A DNA stretch of 64,000 nt from Elusimicrobia bacterium CG1_02_56_21 (GTDB lineage Bacteria; Elusimicrobiota; Elusimicrobia; Elusimicrobiales; UBA9959): the NCBI GenBank assembly GCA_001871115.1, contig MNUR01000077.1, forward strand, positions 4,589-68,588. The letters run 5' to 3'. The notes below the pieces were generated by a model, which had not been told where the DNA came from, ran no database searches, and worked only from the letters and a program-made list of their open reading frames with translations. Positions 9,475 to 18,740 of the stretch are shown piece after piece. The position numbers were made by a program, and so were the translations under genes. How positions within the stretch are numbered: position 1 is the first letter of the stretch; each line of letters opens with the position of its first letter.

Positions 9475-10290
9475 TTAGCGACCCCTGTTCAAGGCTTTGT
9501 CGGTGAGACGCGGGGAGTCAGGTTTTCCCGGGGCCAAGACCAGAACCTGCTCGCCGGATTCGCCGCTGAAAGGGCGCCGGGCGAAATCCCCGTAGCGGGC
9601 CAGCACCCGAAATCCGTTATACCGCACCAGGGCAAGCAGCTCCTGCGGGTAAAAACAGCGCAGATTGAGGCTCTTTTTAACGGTTTTGCCCGTTTTTTCG
9701 CTCCGGTAGTGCCAGGTAATGCGGGAAACCTGGCCGGCCTTATCATAAGAATAGGTTTCATTAACCAGGATCTTGCCTTTACCGGAGGGATCCTGGTAAT
9801 ACGCTACCGGCAGCATTTCCTCGGTATCGCGCACCAGGCAAAGCGGGTTAGGGTTAAAAACGTCGAATATAAACAGCCCGCCGGGAGCGAGATGCCTGGA
9901 GACAGAGGCAAAAAGCCCCTCTATCTCCTCAAGCCGCCCCAAATGCTGCATAGAGTGAAAAGCCATGAAAACAAGTTTGAATTTCCTTCCCAGGCTGAAT
10001 TTCCTGGCGTCCCCGCGCAAAAAACTCATCTGCAGGCCGGCTTCGGCCGCTTTCTCCCGCGCTCTCTCCAGCATAGGGACGGAAAAATCAAGGCCGGTAA
10101 TGTCCACGCCCTTCTTCTTAAGGGGGATGGCCAGGCGGCCGGTGCCGCAAGCCAGCTCCAGGACCGGGCCGCGGGCCTTTCTAGCCTCGGACAGGTAAAA
10201 TTCAAGATCGTCCTGCGAGGGCGCGTTAAAAGCGTCGTAATGCCGCCCGTCCCAGTAAATGCCTGAACCGTCAGTTCCTTTTAAAGCCAT
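9475..10290 (-). CDS. class I SAM-dependent methyltransferase
   Basis: SAM motif I VLELACGTGRLAIPL. Start moved to ATG 10290 (MALKGTDG...), because the longer track ORF would run across the divergent gene start. Confidence 0.8.
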   Translation of the reverse strand: MALKGTDGSGIYWDGRHYDAFNAPSQDDLEFYLSEARKARGPVLELACGTGRLAIPLKKKGVDITGLDFSVPMLERAREKAAEAGLQMSFLRGDARKFSLGRKFKLVFMAFHSMQHLGRLEEIEGLFASVSRHLAPGGLFIFDVFNPNPLCLVRDTEEMLPVAYYQDPSGKGKILVNETYSYDKAGQVSRITWHYRSEKTGKTVKKSLNLRCFYPQELLALVRYNGFRVLARYGDFARRPFSGESGEQVLVLAPGKPDSPRLTDKALNRGR

Positions 10291-10303
10291 AAGACATTTT
10301 ACC

Positions 10304-10332
10304 TTTTTAGACGACCGGCCACTTGCTATAAT
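10304..10332 (+). promoter_or_regulatory. candidate sigma70-type promoter giving a leaderless transcript
   Basis: TATAAT at 10327-10332. The predicted +1, seven nt downstream, coincides with the A of ATG 10339. Only a weak T-rich -35 (TTTTTA/TTTAGA) and no Shine-Dalgarno. Confidence 0.3.
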
Positions 10333-10338
10333 TGCGTG

Positions 10339-12054
10339 ATGCCAAAAGACATAAAACTCCGTGCCGCCGCGCCGGCGGGCATCCTCCTGGCGGCCTTCCT
10401 GGCTTTCGGGCTGACGCTGAAGGGCGGCTTCATGTGGGACGATCACCGCATGATAGAGCGGAACCCGGGCATTACGCTCTCAGCCGCCAACCTCGCCAAA
10501 GCTTTCAGCGGGGATCCCTTCGGGCAGGGCCTTAACTACTACCGCCCGCTGCAGACGGTCAGCAATATGGCAGACTTCGCCGTCTGGGGCTACCGGCCCT
10601 TCGGCTTCCACCTGACCAATTTTATTTTTCACGCGGCGGCCGCCATACTGTTTTTCTACCTTGCCCTGGCGCTGGGATTCGGCCGGAAAGGCGCTTTCTG
10701 GGCCTCGGTCCTGCTGGCCGCGCATCCGGCGGCCGTAGAGCAGATGCTGGTAATAGCCGGCCGGGCGGAACTGGCCTCCGGCGCCTGCATACTTGCCTCC
10801 CTGCTGCTCTTTATAAAGAGCCGGACGGCTCTTTCTTTTATTTTTTTCCTGGCCGCCGCCGGCTTTAAGGAGAACGGGATAATAATGCCGGCGCTGGCCG
10901 CGGCAGCCCTCTGGTACGCGGGCCGGGACAAAAAAGACTACCTTAAACTTCTGCCTTTCCTCGCTTTTATCCCTGTTTACCTTTTGATCCGCCATCAGGC
11001 CCTTGGCATGGGCGCATTGTCGCATGGCTGGCTGCCGGTGCTCTCAGGCTTGTTCTTTAAAGTACCCCGGGCCATCGTAGTCTATCTCAAAGAGCTCATC
11101 CTGCCTTTCGACATGCACTCCCACCGGATGCAGCCTTCTTCCGGCCTGCTACTCTACATCTCCCCGCCGGCCCTGGCAGCCGCTGTTTATTTCACGCTTA
11201 AAAAAGGAAGCCGTGTTTTCATATTCTGCGCTCTTTGGTACGCGCTGAACCTGGCGCCCAAGGTTCCGCTGCTTGCCGCCAACGACCTTATGCTGGACCA
11301 CTGGGCTTACCTGGCCAATGCGGGTTTTTTTCTTTGGGCGGCGGACTACCTGACGGGACGGAGCAAACTGCGCCTGCTGCTGCCGCTGGCGGCCTCGATA
11401 CTGATCGCGGCCTCTGCGTTCAATATTCCGCAGCGGAACACGGACCTGAAAATTTACGAGCACGCGGCCCTTAGGTCTTCATCAAAACCTATGCTCTACA
11501 ATCTGGCCAGGGAATATTATTTGTCCGGCCGGGCGGTTAAAAGCCGGGCTATCCTTGAAAGAATAATTAAAGACGCTCCCGGCAACTCGCTTTATCTTAA
11601 CGGGCTGGCGCTGGCCCGCTTTAAAACCGGCGACGCCCCGGGGGCGCTTGCGGCGCTGGAAGAGGCGCTGGAGGCGAAACCGGGAGACGCGGAAACTCTT
11701 TTTAACAGGTATACGGTCCTGGCCGGGGCCGGCAGGAAAGAAGAAGCGGCAGCCGCGATGACCGGCCTGCTCAAAGAGCGGCCCGACTATGCCCCGGGAC
11801 TGCTTGTGCTGGCGCGCTCCGCCGCAACAGCGGGCAGGATGGAAGAAGCGGCCGTTATGTACAGGAAAATATTAAAAACCAGCCCGGGGAATACGGAAGC
11901 GCTGAACGATTACGGGATCCTGCTGGCCAGGCGGGGCGACTACGCGGCCGCGGAAGAACTTTTCAGGAGCGCTCTGCGGCTTTCCCCGGGGCTGGCCGGG
12001 GCCAGGCAGAACCTGGACCGCATACAAAAGATCAAAACCGCGAAGCGACCTTGA
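10339..12054 (+). CDS. polytopic membrane protein with C-terminal TPR repeats (PMT/GT39-like architecture)
   Basis: About 9-10 TM helices with N-terminal GGFMWDDHRMIERNP, then TPR-like repeats (LARFKTGDAPGALAALEEALEAKPGDAE...). The track start at 10336 is GTG, immediately followed by ATG. Confidence 0.85.
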   Translation: MPKDIKLRAAAPAGILLAAFLAFGLTLKGGFMWDDHRMIERNPGITLSAANLAKAFSGDPFGQGLNYYRPLQTVSNMADFAVWGYRPFGFHLTNFIFHAAAAILFFYLALALGFGRKGAFWASVLLAAHPAAVEQMLVIAGRAELASGACILASLLLFIKSRTALSFIFFLAAAGFKENGIIMPALAAAALWYAGRDKKDYLKLLPFLAFIPVYLLIRHQALGMGALSHGWLPVLSGLFFKVPRAIVVYLKELILPFDMHSHRMQPSSGLLLYISPPALAAAVYFTLKKGSRVFIFCALWYALNLAPKVPLLAANDLMLDHWAYLANAGFFLWAADYLTGRSKLRLLLPLAASILIAASAFNIPQRNTDLKIYEHAALRSSSKPMLYNLAREYYLSGRAVKSRAILERIIKDAPGNSLYLNGLALARFKTGDAPGALAALEEALEAKPGDAETLFNRYTVLAGAGRKEEAAAAMTGLLKERPDYAPGLLVLARSAATAGRMEEAAVMYRKILKTSPGNTEALNDYGILLARRGDYAAAEELFRSALRLSPGLAGARQNLDRIQKIKTAKRP

Positions 12055-12496
12055 CCACTATCTTAATGACCGCCCCGGGAGCTCCGGCCGCCAGCCTGGG
12101 GGCGTGTGCGTCCTCCGGGTAAAGCACGGCAAGGCCGCCTGCCTCCAGAAGCAGCGGTGTCCAGCTTCCCCCGGGAACCGCGCCGAAACAAATGTCTTTT
12201 TCTTCGTCGTAAACTTCACTCACCGCCATCACAGGCAGCGGCGCACAGCCTATAATTTCCGCCCCGGCGGCTACGTACTGGACATCGATATATTTCCTGT
12301 GCGCCTCAAACCTGGGCTCGGGCAAAGCTATAGTTTCATAGCGCTGCACCATCGCGAACACCCGCTCGCCGTCTATCCCGTATTTGCCGTCAGGCAGGTT
12401 TTCAAGACCGGGCCGGCGCAGGAATTCCAGCGCTTTGCCCAGGGGGCCCCGGGGCGAAATCCGGAATTCCGCGTTTTCAAGATCAATAATTATCAT
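12032..12496 (-). CDS. YhcH/YjgK/YiaL (EbgC-like) family protein
   Basis: 154 aa. GKYGIDGERVFAMVQRYET..EAHRKYIDVQYVAAGAE..LYPEDAHAP is characteristic of this cupin-like family. Confidence 0.85.
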   Translation of the reverse strand: MIIIDLENAEFRISPRGPLGKALEFLRRPGLENLPDGKYGIDGERVFAMVQRYETIALPEPRFEAHRKYIDVQYVAAGAEIIGCAPLPVMAVSEVYDEEKDICFGAVPGGSWTPLLLEAGGLAVLYPEDAHAPRLAAGAPGAVIKIVVKVASRF

Positions 12497-12509
12497 AGTC
12501 GGCTCAGGA

Positions 12510-13220
12510 CTAAAAAGGCTTAACCGCTGCGGCCCGCAGACGCACGGACTCCAGCCGCTCCAGGTCCCCGATATCGCACCAGAAAGGGGAGATATCCTCG
12601 CAGCCGTTTATTTTTTCCCCCGCCGAAGCCAGGCGGAGATACACCCCGGTTATGGAGAACATTCCTGTTTCAGACATTTTGGAAAATATTACCGGGGAAA
12701 TAACCTGTATGCCGCTGAAAGCGAACGGCTTAAGCCCCGCGCCTGCGCCTTCTCCCTCCCTGCCTTTCAGACGCATCTCGCCGTCAAAGAGCAGGCGCCT
12801 CTTGGAGGGCCTCTGCCTTACCGCCAGCGTAGCCAGAGCCCCGGAGGACAGGTGCGAGGAATATAAAGCCTGCAGATCCCCCTCGGAGTAAACGTCCGAG
12901 TTGCAAGCGAAAAAAGACTCTCCGCCCTCAAAAAAAGCCGCCGCTTTTTTCAGGCCGCCGCCGGTTTCCAGCGGGCCCGGTTCCTCCCGGGAAAGAGTTA
13001 TCTTAAGCCCGAAATTATCCTTCGAAAAAAGGAACGCCTCTATCTTTTCGTGGAAGTGGTGAGTATTTACAATAAGTTCCGTGACGCCGGCCGCGGCCAG
13101 GCGGCGTATAGCTATCTCAAGCATGGGCACGCCGTTGATATCCGCCAGGGCCTTGGGGATAGTATCGGTCATGGGCCGCAGGCGGGTTCCCAGGCCGGCG
13201 GCGAAGACCATCGCCTTCAT
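12510..13220 (-). CDS. sugar-1-phosphate nucleotidyltransferase (MurU-like)
   Basis: N-terminal AAGLGTRLRPMTDTIPKAL motif. ATGA-coupled to the upstream kinase gene. Confidence 0.8.
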   Translation of the reverse strand: MKAMVFAAGLGTRLRPMTDTIPKALADINGVPMLEIAIRRLAAAGVTELIVNTHHFHEKIEAFLFSKDNFGLKITLSREEPGPLETGGGLKKAAAFFEGGESFFACNSDVYSEGDLQALYSSHLSSGALATLAVRQRPSKRRLLFDGEMRLKGREGEGAGAGLKPFAFSGIQVISPVIFSKMSETGMFSITGVYLRLASAGEKINGCEDISPFWCDIGDLERLESVRLRAAAVKPF

Positions 13221-14680
13221 TTAAGAGGGCTCCCGGGGAATTCCCTGTGCGTCAGTTCTACCCGCGCTCCGTATTTTTCTTTTATCCTGGCGGCCAGGGC
13301 CTCGGCGCAGTATACGGAGCGGTGCTGTCCGCCGGTACAGCCGAAGTTGACTATCAGCGAAGTAAAGTTGCGCGAAAGATAATTTTCCACGCTGATGCCG
13401 GTCAGGGCGAAGACATTTTCCAGGAACTTCGTTACCGCTGCCTCTTTCTTCAGGAATTCGATAACGGGTTTATCCCTGCCGGTCTGCTGCGCGTACTCGG
13501 GATAACGCCCCGGGTTGGGCAGGGCTCTGCAGTCGAAAACAAAGCCCCCGCCGTGGCCTTTTTCGTCCAGCGGCAGCCCGTTCTTGAACGAGAAACTGGT
13601 TATGCGCACGGTAAGGCCCAGCCTGGTTTTTCCGAACTGGCGCAGGTAGGACGAGGCGGCTATGCGCTTAAAGCACTGCGTAAGCTCCGGGACCTTCACC
13701 TCCAGCTGGGCGTTGCGCAGCAGCCATTCTATATTGCGCACGGCGTAAGGAACGCTGTTGAGAAAGTGGGTCTTCCGCTCGTAAAAACCGCGCAGGCCGT
13801 AAGCTCCCATCGCCTGCATTATGCGTATATAGACAAAGGCGTGGTAATGCCGCATGAAAGCGTTCAGGTTCAGTCCCGCCGTCTCTACATAAGTTTTCAT
13901 CAGAGCGGTGCGGGTTTCGGAAGGCAGGTCGGCCTTGCCGTCATAAAGCAGCGAAGCCACGTCGTAATGAGGGGCCCCGCGGCGCCCGCCCTGGTAATCT
14001 ATGAACCAGGGCTCTCCGTCGCGCAGCATTATATTGCGCGACTGGAAGTCCCGGTAAAGAAAACAATCGGCCGGGGCCTCCAGCAGGAAATCCGTAAAGC
14101 GGACAAAATCGTCTTCCAGCTTCTGCTCGTTAAAAGGGATCTTGGCCAGCTTCAGGAAGTAATACTTGAAATAATTCAGGTCCCACATTATAGACTGCCG
14201 GTCAAAGCTCGCGCGGGGATAGCAGTATTTAAGGTCCAGCCCGCGGCCGACCTGGGCCTGAAACCGCGGCAGGCATTCCAGGACTTTCTTATAGATCCCA
14301 ATGACCTGCGGAGGGATCTCTCCGCCTTTGCGCTCCGAGACCAGGTATTCGAACAGAGTGGTACTGCCGAGGTCCTCTTCAAGGTACACTCCCTGGGCCC
14401 CGTCAGCGGCGTAAATTTCCGGCACCGGCAATTTTTCGGCGCGGAAATGGCGGGAGAATTCCAGGAAAGCCCTGTTCTCCATATTGTCCGGTCCGAACGC
14501 GCCTATTACGGAACGGCCGCCGTCTTTCATCCGGAAAAGCTGCCGCGCGGAGCCGTCCGCTTTAAGCGGCTCAAAAGATTCCGGCTCAAGGCCGAAGGTC
14601 TTTTTATACAGGGCCCTGAGCGGGACTTCGGGCCGGTTTTTAACCTGCCCGGTTTCTTTCACGGTGTTTTTAAGCGGCAT
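13217..14680 (-). CDS. phosphotransferase (APH/AmgK-like sugar kinase) fused to a RapZ C-terminal domain
   Basis: The N-terminal ~340 aa are kinase-like (YRDFQSRNIML, IDYQGGRRG). The C-terminal ~130 aa match the RapZ C-domain (SFSFKNGLP, VFDCRALPNP, GCTGGQHRSVYCAE). The track start at 14689 is TTG; ATG at 14680 gives MPLKNTV. Confidence 0.85.
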   Translation of the reverse strand: MPLKNTVKETGQVKNRPEVPLRALYKKTFGLEPESFEPLKADGSARQLFRMKDGGRSVIGAFGPDNMENRAFLEFSRHFRAEKLPVPEIYAADGAQGVYLEEDLGSTTLFEYLVSERKGGEIPPQVIGIYKKVLECLPRFQAQVGRGLDLKYCYPRASFDRQSIMWDLNYFKYYFLKLAKIPFNEQKLEDDFVRFTDFLLEAPADCFLYRDFQSRNIMLRDGEPWFIDYQGGRRGAPHYDVASLLYDGKADLPSETRTALMKTYVETAGLNLNAFMRHYHAFVYIRIMQAMGAYGLRGFYERKTHFLNSVPYAVRNIEWLLRNAQLEVKVPELTQCFKRIAASSYLRQFGKTRLGLTVRITSFSFKNGLPLDEKGHGGGFVFDCRALPNPGRYPEYAQQTGRDKPVIEFLKKEAAVTKFLENVFALTGISVENYLSRNFTSLIVNFGCTGGQHRSVYCAEALAARIKEKYGARVELTHREFPGSPLK

Positions 14681-14688
14681 ATGCCTCA

Positions 14689-14719
14689 ATTATACAATGC
14701 TATGCATGTGCCGTGACAA
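14689..14719 (-). promoter_or_regulatory. candidate promoter of the kinase / MurU-like operon (near-leaderless)
   Basis: Minus strand: TTGTCA (14719-14714), 19-nt spacer, TATAAT (14694-14689), ATG at 14680. The predicted leader is about 2 nt, with no SD. The -35 lies in tandem-repeat unit 1. Confidence 0.35.
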
Positions 14720-14871
14720 GAGCTATGCTCATCGGACGGCCAATGCTATGCGTGTGCCGTGACAAGAGCTATGCTCATCGGACGGCCAATGCTGTGCAGG
14801 TGCCGTGACAAGAGCTATGCTCATCGGACGGCCAATGCTGTGCAGGTTCCGTAACAGGCGCTATGCGCGAC
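14694..14871. repeat. 46-bp tandem repeat, 3 full units plus degenerate partial units at both ends
   Basis: Units at 14708-14753, 14754-14799 and 14800-14845 (GTGCCGTGACAAGAGCTATGCTCATCGGACGGCCAATGCTRTGCRK) are almost identical. A partial unit lies at 14694-14707 and a decayed copy at 14846-14871. Confidence 0.9.
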
Positions 14872-14951
14872 ATAAGGCCGTCAGGCAGCCTGGAGAAATG
14901 AAAAAGGCCGAAGGAAGATCCTTCAGCCTTCCCCGCCTTGAGACCGCCCGA

Positions 14952-15524
14952 TCAGCGCAGCAATGGCTTAAAAGAGGACAGCACCGAGGAGTAGGCTTTT
15001 ATATTGGCCTTGGCGATGCTCATTGGGGCATAATAGCGCAGGACAAAAAAACCGTGCTTTACCGGGACTACCGCGAACTTCTCATAGATATGTATTTTTT
15101 GGGGGTGGAGGGCGCCGGCAGGCAGATACTCATAAACCTTGCGCTCAAAAACTTTGGCGTAGTATTTGCCGGCTCTCCCGGACTTCACCTTGCCGTAGAC
15201 TTTGCCGTCCAGGTTGACCTTTATGGCCGGTTTGGAGTGCAGCTGTATGAATTTTTCCGCGGTAGCGTACAGCTGGTTGCCCGGCGCGTAGTAGTGCGCA
15301 GCTATCTTTACGGCCAGCCCGCCGGTAACCGGTCCGAAGAACTCCACTCCGTAGTATTTTTTCTGCGGTTCGGAAAGGCCCAGCGCCTCGTCTTTTTTTA
15401 CCCAGCCCGGAGGAAAGATAACCGAAAAGTATTTACCCTCGGTATAAGGCTGGCCTGCCGGGGGCGCACCAAAAGCCGTAACCGCGGCCAGGCACAGAAC
15501 CGCGGACATCAGGATATTTTTCAT
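14952..15524 (-). CDS. hypothetical exported protein
   Basis: Signal peptide MKNILMSAVLCLAAVTAFGAP and ordinary composition. ATG at 15524 (the track start at 15527 is TTG). No recognisable domain. Confidence 0.7.
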   Translation of the reverse strand: MKNILMSAVLCLAAVTAFGAPPAGQPYTEGKYFSVIFPPGWVKKDEALGLSEPQKKYYGVEFFGPVTGGLAVKIAAHYYAPGNQLYATAEKFIQLHSKPAIKVNLDGKVYGKVKSGRAGKYYAKVFERKVYEYLPAGALHPQKIHIYEKFAVVPVKHGFFVLRYYAPMSIAKANIKAYSSVLSSFKPLLR

Positions 15525-15542
15525 CAAATATTACCTCTCGGT

Positions 15543-17393
15543 TTAAAGGGTCGGAACCGAACCGCCCGAGCTGACGGTTCCGTATTTCTTCCTGAAAGCC
15601 AGGGCCGAGGCGTCGTTGACCACGTTCTCCTGGTAGCTCATGGTATACCATTTGAACCGGGTGTTCATAAGTTCACGGTAATCCCGGAGATCTTTCTGCT
15701 GCTCCGCCGTCATCCCCGACGGGTTGGAGCGCTGCAGGGCCTCCAGGGTTTTCACCTGCGCCGCGTAAGTCTGCGCCATCTTGAACTCCCTGGCGGTTCC
15801 GCCTTCAAAACTGTCTATGCGCGCGTAAAGCGGGGCCTTCAGCGTGTCCAGGGCCTCCACTCCGCCCTGCATGAACTTTTCAGCGTTATCTACGTGCATA
15901 GCGTGAAAATTAGCGTAGCAGCCCGCCCCGCCGTTCTTTGAGCAGTACTCTATCATGTGCTTGGCGGATTCCGTATTAGAAAGGTTTTCCTTGGCGCGCG
16001 TGTACGGGTCGCTGCTGCCGCTGGAGAATTTTTTATAGTCGGTCCCCGCCGCTATCGCGCGCGCGGTCTGGTTCTGGTGCTCGGCCTCGTGCACCATAGT
16101 AGGGGAAATATAAAGCGCCAGCGCTTTCATTCCCGCCTTGTCCTCCATAAGCTGCGGCACGGTCTGGCCCCGCCTGGCCGCGAACTCCTCCGCGACCTCG
16201 CTGTTTATCCTGATAACCCTGGCGTCGGGATCCCAGTAGCCGAAGACCCCCGGCTCGCGGGTGAAGGCGAAATCCAGTTTATTGCTGCCAGCCTTCGCGT
16301 ACTTAGGATCGCTGTAAAAATCCACGGTGCGCTTGCCGGCTTCGGTCTGGGACATCACTTCAGCAAGGTCCCCGACCGGCTTGCCTTTTTCCATGCGTAT
16401 CAGCCGCTCACCTAAAGCTTTCTCCTGGTCTGCCGTCATCTGCACGGGCGCTATGGCCGTACCTGTCCCCGGCCCGGCCTTGGAGCCCGACCCCGTGCCC
16501 GGCCTGAGGGCTCCGGGCCTGGAAGCGGAAGCGTTATCGAAAGTATGCGCAAGGTAGTCGCCCTGACCGTCCGGATTTATAGACGCCAGCCTGTCCGAGG
16601 CGGCCGCGAGATCTTTTGCTTTTTTATCCGCGGCGGAAGGGGCCTCGGGCTTCTTGTTCCCGGCTTCTTCCCTGGCCATAGCGGCCAGGGCGTCAAGTTT
16701 GGCCCTGTAAGGAGCGTCGTCGGAGAATATCAGGTCTTCGCGCAGCACCGAGGCGAGGCCGGCTATATCCAGTTTTCCGGCAGCGCTCTTAAGGCCCGCC
16801 GCGGCGGACAATTTGTCGGTTTCTTTTCTGGCCCAGGTAGAAAGCTCCGAATAGCGGCTCATAATGCCCTGTTCGTTCCAGGCGGCCTTGTCTTTGCCGT
16901 AATCAGGGGAAGAAAGGGAAGTTGTGCGGATATTGCCCAGAGCGTCCCAGGTGCGAACCTCGCGTTTAACCTCAAAAGCGCGTTCGCTGGCGTATTTACC
17001 CACCCAGTCAAAAGTGGTCTCCGGTTTGGGCCCGAGGGCCATGTCGCAGAGGGCGCAATCCGGTTTCTCCAGAACGCGGGCAAGCGCCCTGGCGCCGTGG
17101 AAACCGTCCTGCTTAACCACTATTCTTTTCAGGTCAAGCAGAGCGTTATTATTGGCTATAAGTATGCCGGCGGCTTCAGGATCTTCATAGGAGTACCTGG
17201 CCAGCAGGACCTCCGGGGAGCCTTCGTTAAGGCCTTTTACGCACTTATCGGCCGTTTCCGGGGAAAGGATCTTTTTTCCCGGATCTATATTGGCTTCGCA
17301 CTCTTTAATAAAGGCTTTGTCCGCGGGGGACAACTGGGCAAGAGCGGGGTAAGCCGGGAAAGCCAAAAGAAAAACCAGCAATAGTTTGTTCAT
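15543..17393 (-). CDS. hypothetical exported protein with HExxH motif (putative metallopeptidase)
   Basis: Signal peptide MNKLLLVFLLAFPAYPALA; single HEAEH motif (PTMVHEAEHQNQ); 616 aa. Confidence 0.75.
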   Translation of the reverse strand: MNKLLLVFLLAFPAYPALAQLSPADKAFIKECEANIDPGKKILSPETADKCVKGLNEGSPEVLLARYSYEDPEAAGILIANNNALLDLKRIVVKQDGFHGARALARVLEKPDCALCDMALGPKPETTFDWVGKYASERAFEVKREVRTWDALGNIRTTSLSSPDYGKDKAAWNEQGIMSRYSELSTWARKETDKLSAAAGLKSAAGKLDIAGLASVLREDLIFSDDAPYRAKLDALAAMAREEAGNKKPEAPSAADKKAKDLAAASDRLASINPDGQGDYLAHTFDNASASRPGALRPGTGSGSKAGPGTGTAIAPVQMTADQEKALGERLIRMEKGKPVGDLAEVMSQTEAGKRTVDFYSDPKYAKAGSNKLDFAFTREPGVFGYWDPDARVIRINSEVAEEFAARRGQTVPQLMEDKAGMKALALYISPTMVHEAEHQNQTARAIAAGTDYKKFSSGSSDPYTRAKENLSNTESAKHMIEYCSKNGGAGCYANFHAMHVDNAEKFMQGGVEALDTLKAPLYARIDSFEGGTAREFKMAQTYAAQVKTLEALQRSNPSGMTAEQQKDLRDYRELMNTRFKWYTMSYQENVVNDASALAFRKKYGTVSSGGSVPTL

Positions 17394-17489
17394 ATATATA
17401 CCTGAAATTACCGAAAACCGATTAAATAAAGTTTAATAGTCCGGTTGACGGTTGTCAAGGGCCATGGGGGAACCCGGGAACCGCCCCTC

Positions 17490-18740
17490 TTAATTCCCCG
17501 CAGCCCCCAGTGCGTTTATCGCGGACTGCATCAGTTCGAAAAATTTGGCGTCTTCCAGGTTTTCTTTTTCATTATTCCAGGAAGCCGAGACGCAGAACCA
17601 TCCGGATTCCTTCTTTTTAAGCAGCCAGGTCATAGAAAGTACTCCCGGCTCCGAGCCGCCCTTGTAGCCGGCGTAGCTGAAGTCTTCGCGCGGGATATTG
17701 AGGCCGGGGTTCAGCGCCAGTATTTCCAGCGCCTTTTCGTCTTTCCTCCCGGCGAAATAGTTCATCAGGCGGCAGAGGTCGGAAGGAGAAGCGAACCACT
17801 CTATCTTATCTATGCCGAAAGGGCTCCGCTTTATCTTCTCCGCATCCAGGGGGACCTTCGCCAGCGAGGAAAGAAAATCATATTTCCCGGCCGCGGGCAG
17901 GTTCATATATTTCAGGGAGGCTTCCGTATCCGCCCTCAGCCTGAACATCTCGGAGGTCTTAAGAAAAGGGATCATCTGCGGCGGCTCCGAATGCCCCAGC
18001 GAAGCCAGCCCTGCCTCTATTTTTCTTCTGCCCACCGAGGAAATAAGCGCGTCGGAGGCGGTATTGTCGCTTTCCGAGATCATCATAGCGGCCAGGGTAT
18101 GCGCTGTAAGCGGAGAACCGTCAGGCCAGTTCTGAAGACGACCGCTGGGAAGGGATTTATCGGCCCCTTTGAGCCTGAAGATCTTTGTCCAGGGAACCCT
18201 CTCCCTGACCATAGTTCCCAGAACATAAAGTTTAAAAGCCGAGCCGACGGCGAAATAAGCGTTTTTATTATAAGACTCAAGGTTTTCCTTTTTTTCGCCA
18301 AGGCGCATTATCAGCAGCCCGGTCTTCCCCGGCAGCGCCGCCAGCCCCTCGCGGACGGCCTTAAGCGTAGGGTCCTTTATATAGGCCGGGCTGAAGAACA
18401 AACCGTTTATTTTACCCGTAGTCAGATCAAGAGAAAGAGCCGCCGGTACGCGGTAACCGCGCTCTGTATCAAAAAAGAAATGACCCGAAGTTGCAGAGGA
18501 ACTTACCAGCAAAGTTTGTACGACGGCCCCGTTGCTGCCGTAAATACCGGAGAGAACTCCCGTAAGTTTCTCCAGTGAAATATGCCGGAACAGGCTCTTG
18601 TCGAAGATATCCGCCACCCCGGCCGGCTTTTCAGTTATCCTCCCGGAGACCTCACGCGCCGCCCGTTCAATGCCGTCCTGTGCTCCGGACGGCAGCGCAA
18701 AAAAACCGAGCGCGCAGATTAAGTTCAAGATAATTTTCAT
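17490..18740 (-). CDS. exported serine hydrolase, class A beta-lactamase-related
   Basis: Signal peptide. SxxK (GSAFK), SDN (SESDNTASD) and KxG (YKGGSEPG) motifs in the correct order. ATG at 18740 (the track start at 18755 is TTG). Confidence 0.8.
   Translation of the reverse strand: MKIILNLICALGFFALPSGAQDGIERAAREVSGRITEKPAGVADIFDKSLFRHISLEKLTGVLSGIYGSNGAVVQTLLVSSSATSGHFFFDTERGYRVPAALSLDLTTGKINGLFFSPAYIKDPTLKAVREGLAALPGKTGLLIMRLGEKKENLESYNKNAYFAVGSAFKLYVLGTMVRERVPWTKIFRLKGADKSLPSGRLQNWPDGSPLTAHTLAAMMISESDNTASDALISSVGRRKIEAGLASLGHSEPPQMIPFLKTSEMFRLRADTEASLKYMNLPAAGKYDFLSSLAKVPLDAEKIKRSPFGIDKIEWFASPSDLCRLMNYFAGRKDEKALEILALNPGLNIPREDFSYAGYKGGSEPGVLSMTWLLKKKESGWFCVSASWNNEKENLEDAKFFELMQSAINALGAAGN

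Noticed and set aside
14694-14871. Possible CRISPR array.
   Set aside because: The 46-bp units are directly abutting with no unique spacers, and no cas genes are nearby. It is a plain tandem repeat.
17431-17458. TTGACA ... TATTAA on the minus strand upstream of 15543-17393, considered as a promoter.
   Set aside because: The spacer is only 14 nt, too short for a sigma70-type promoter.
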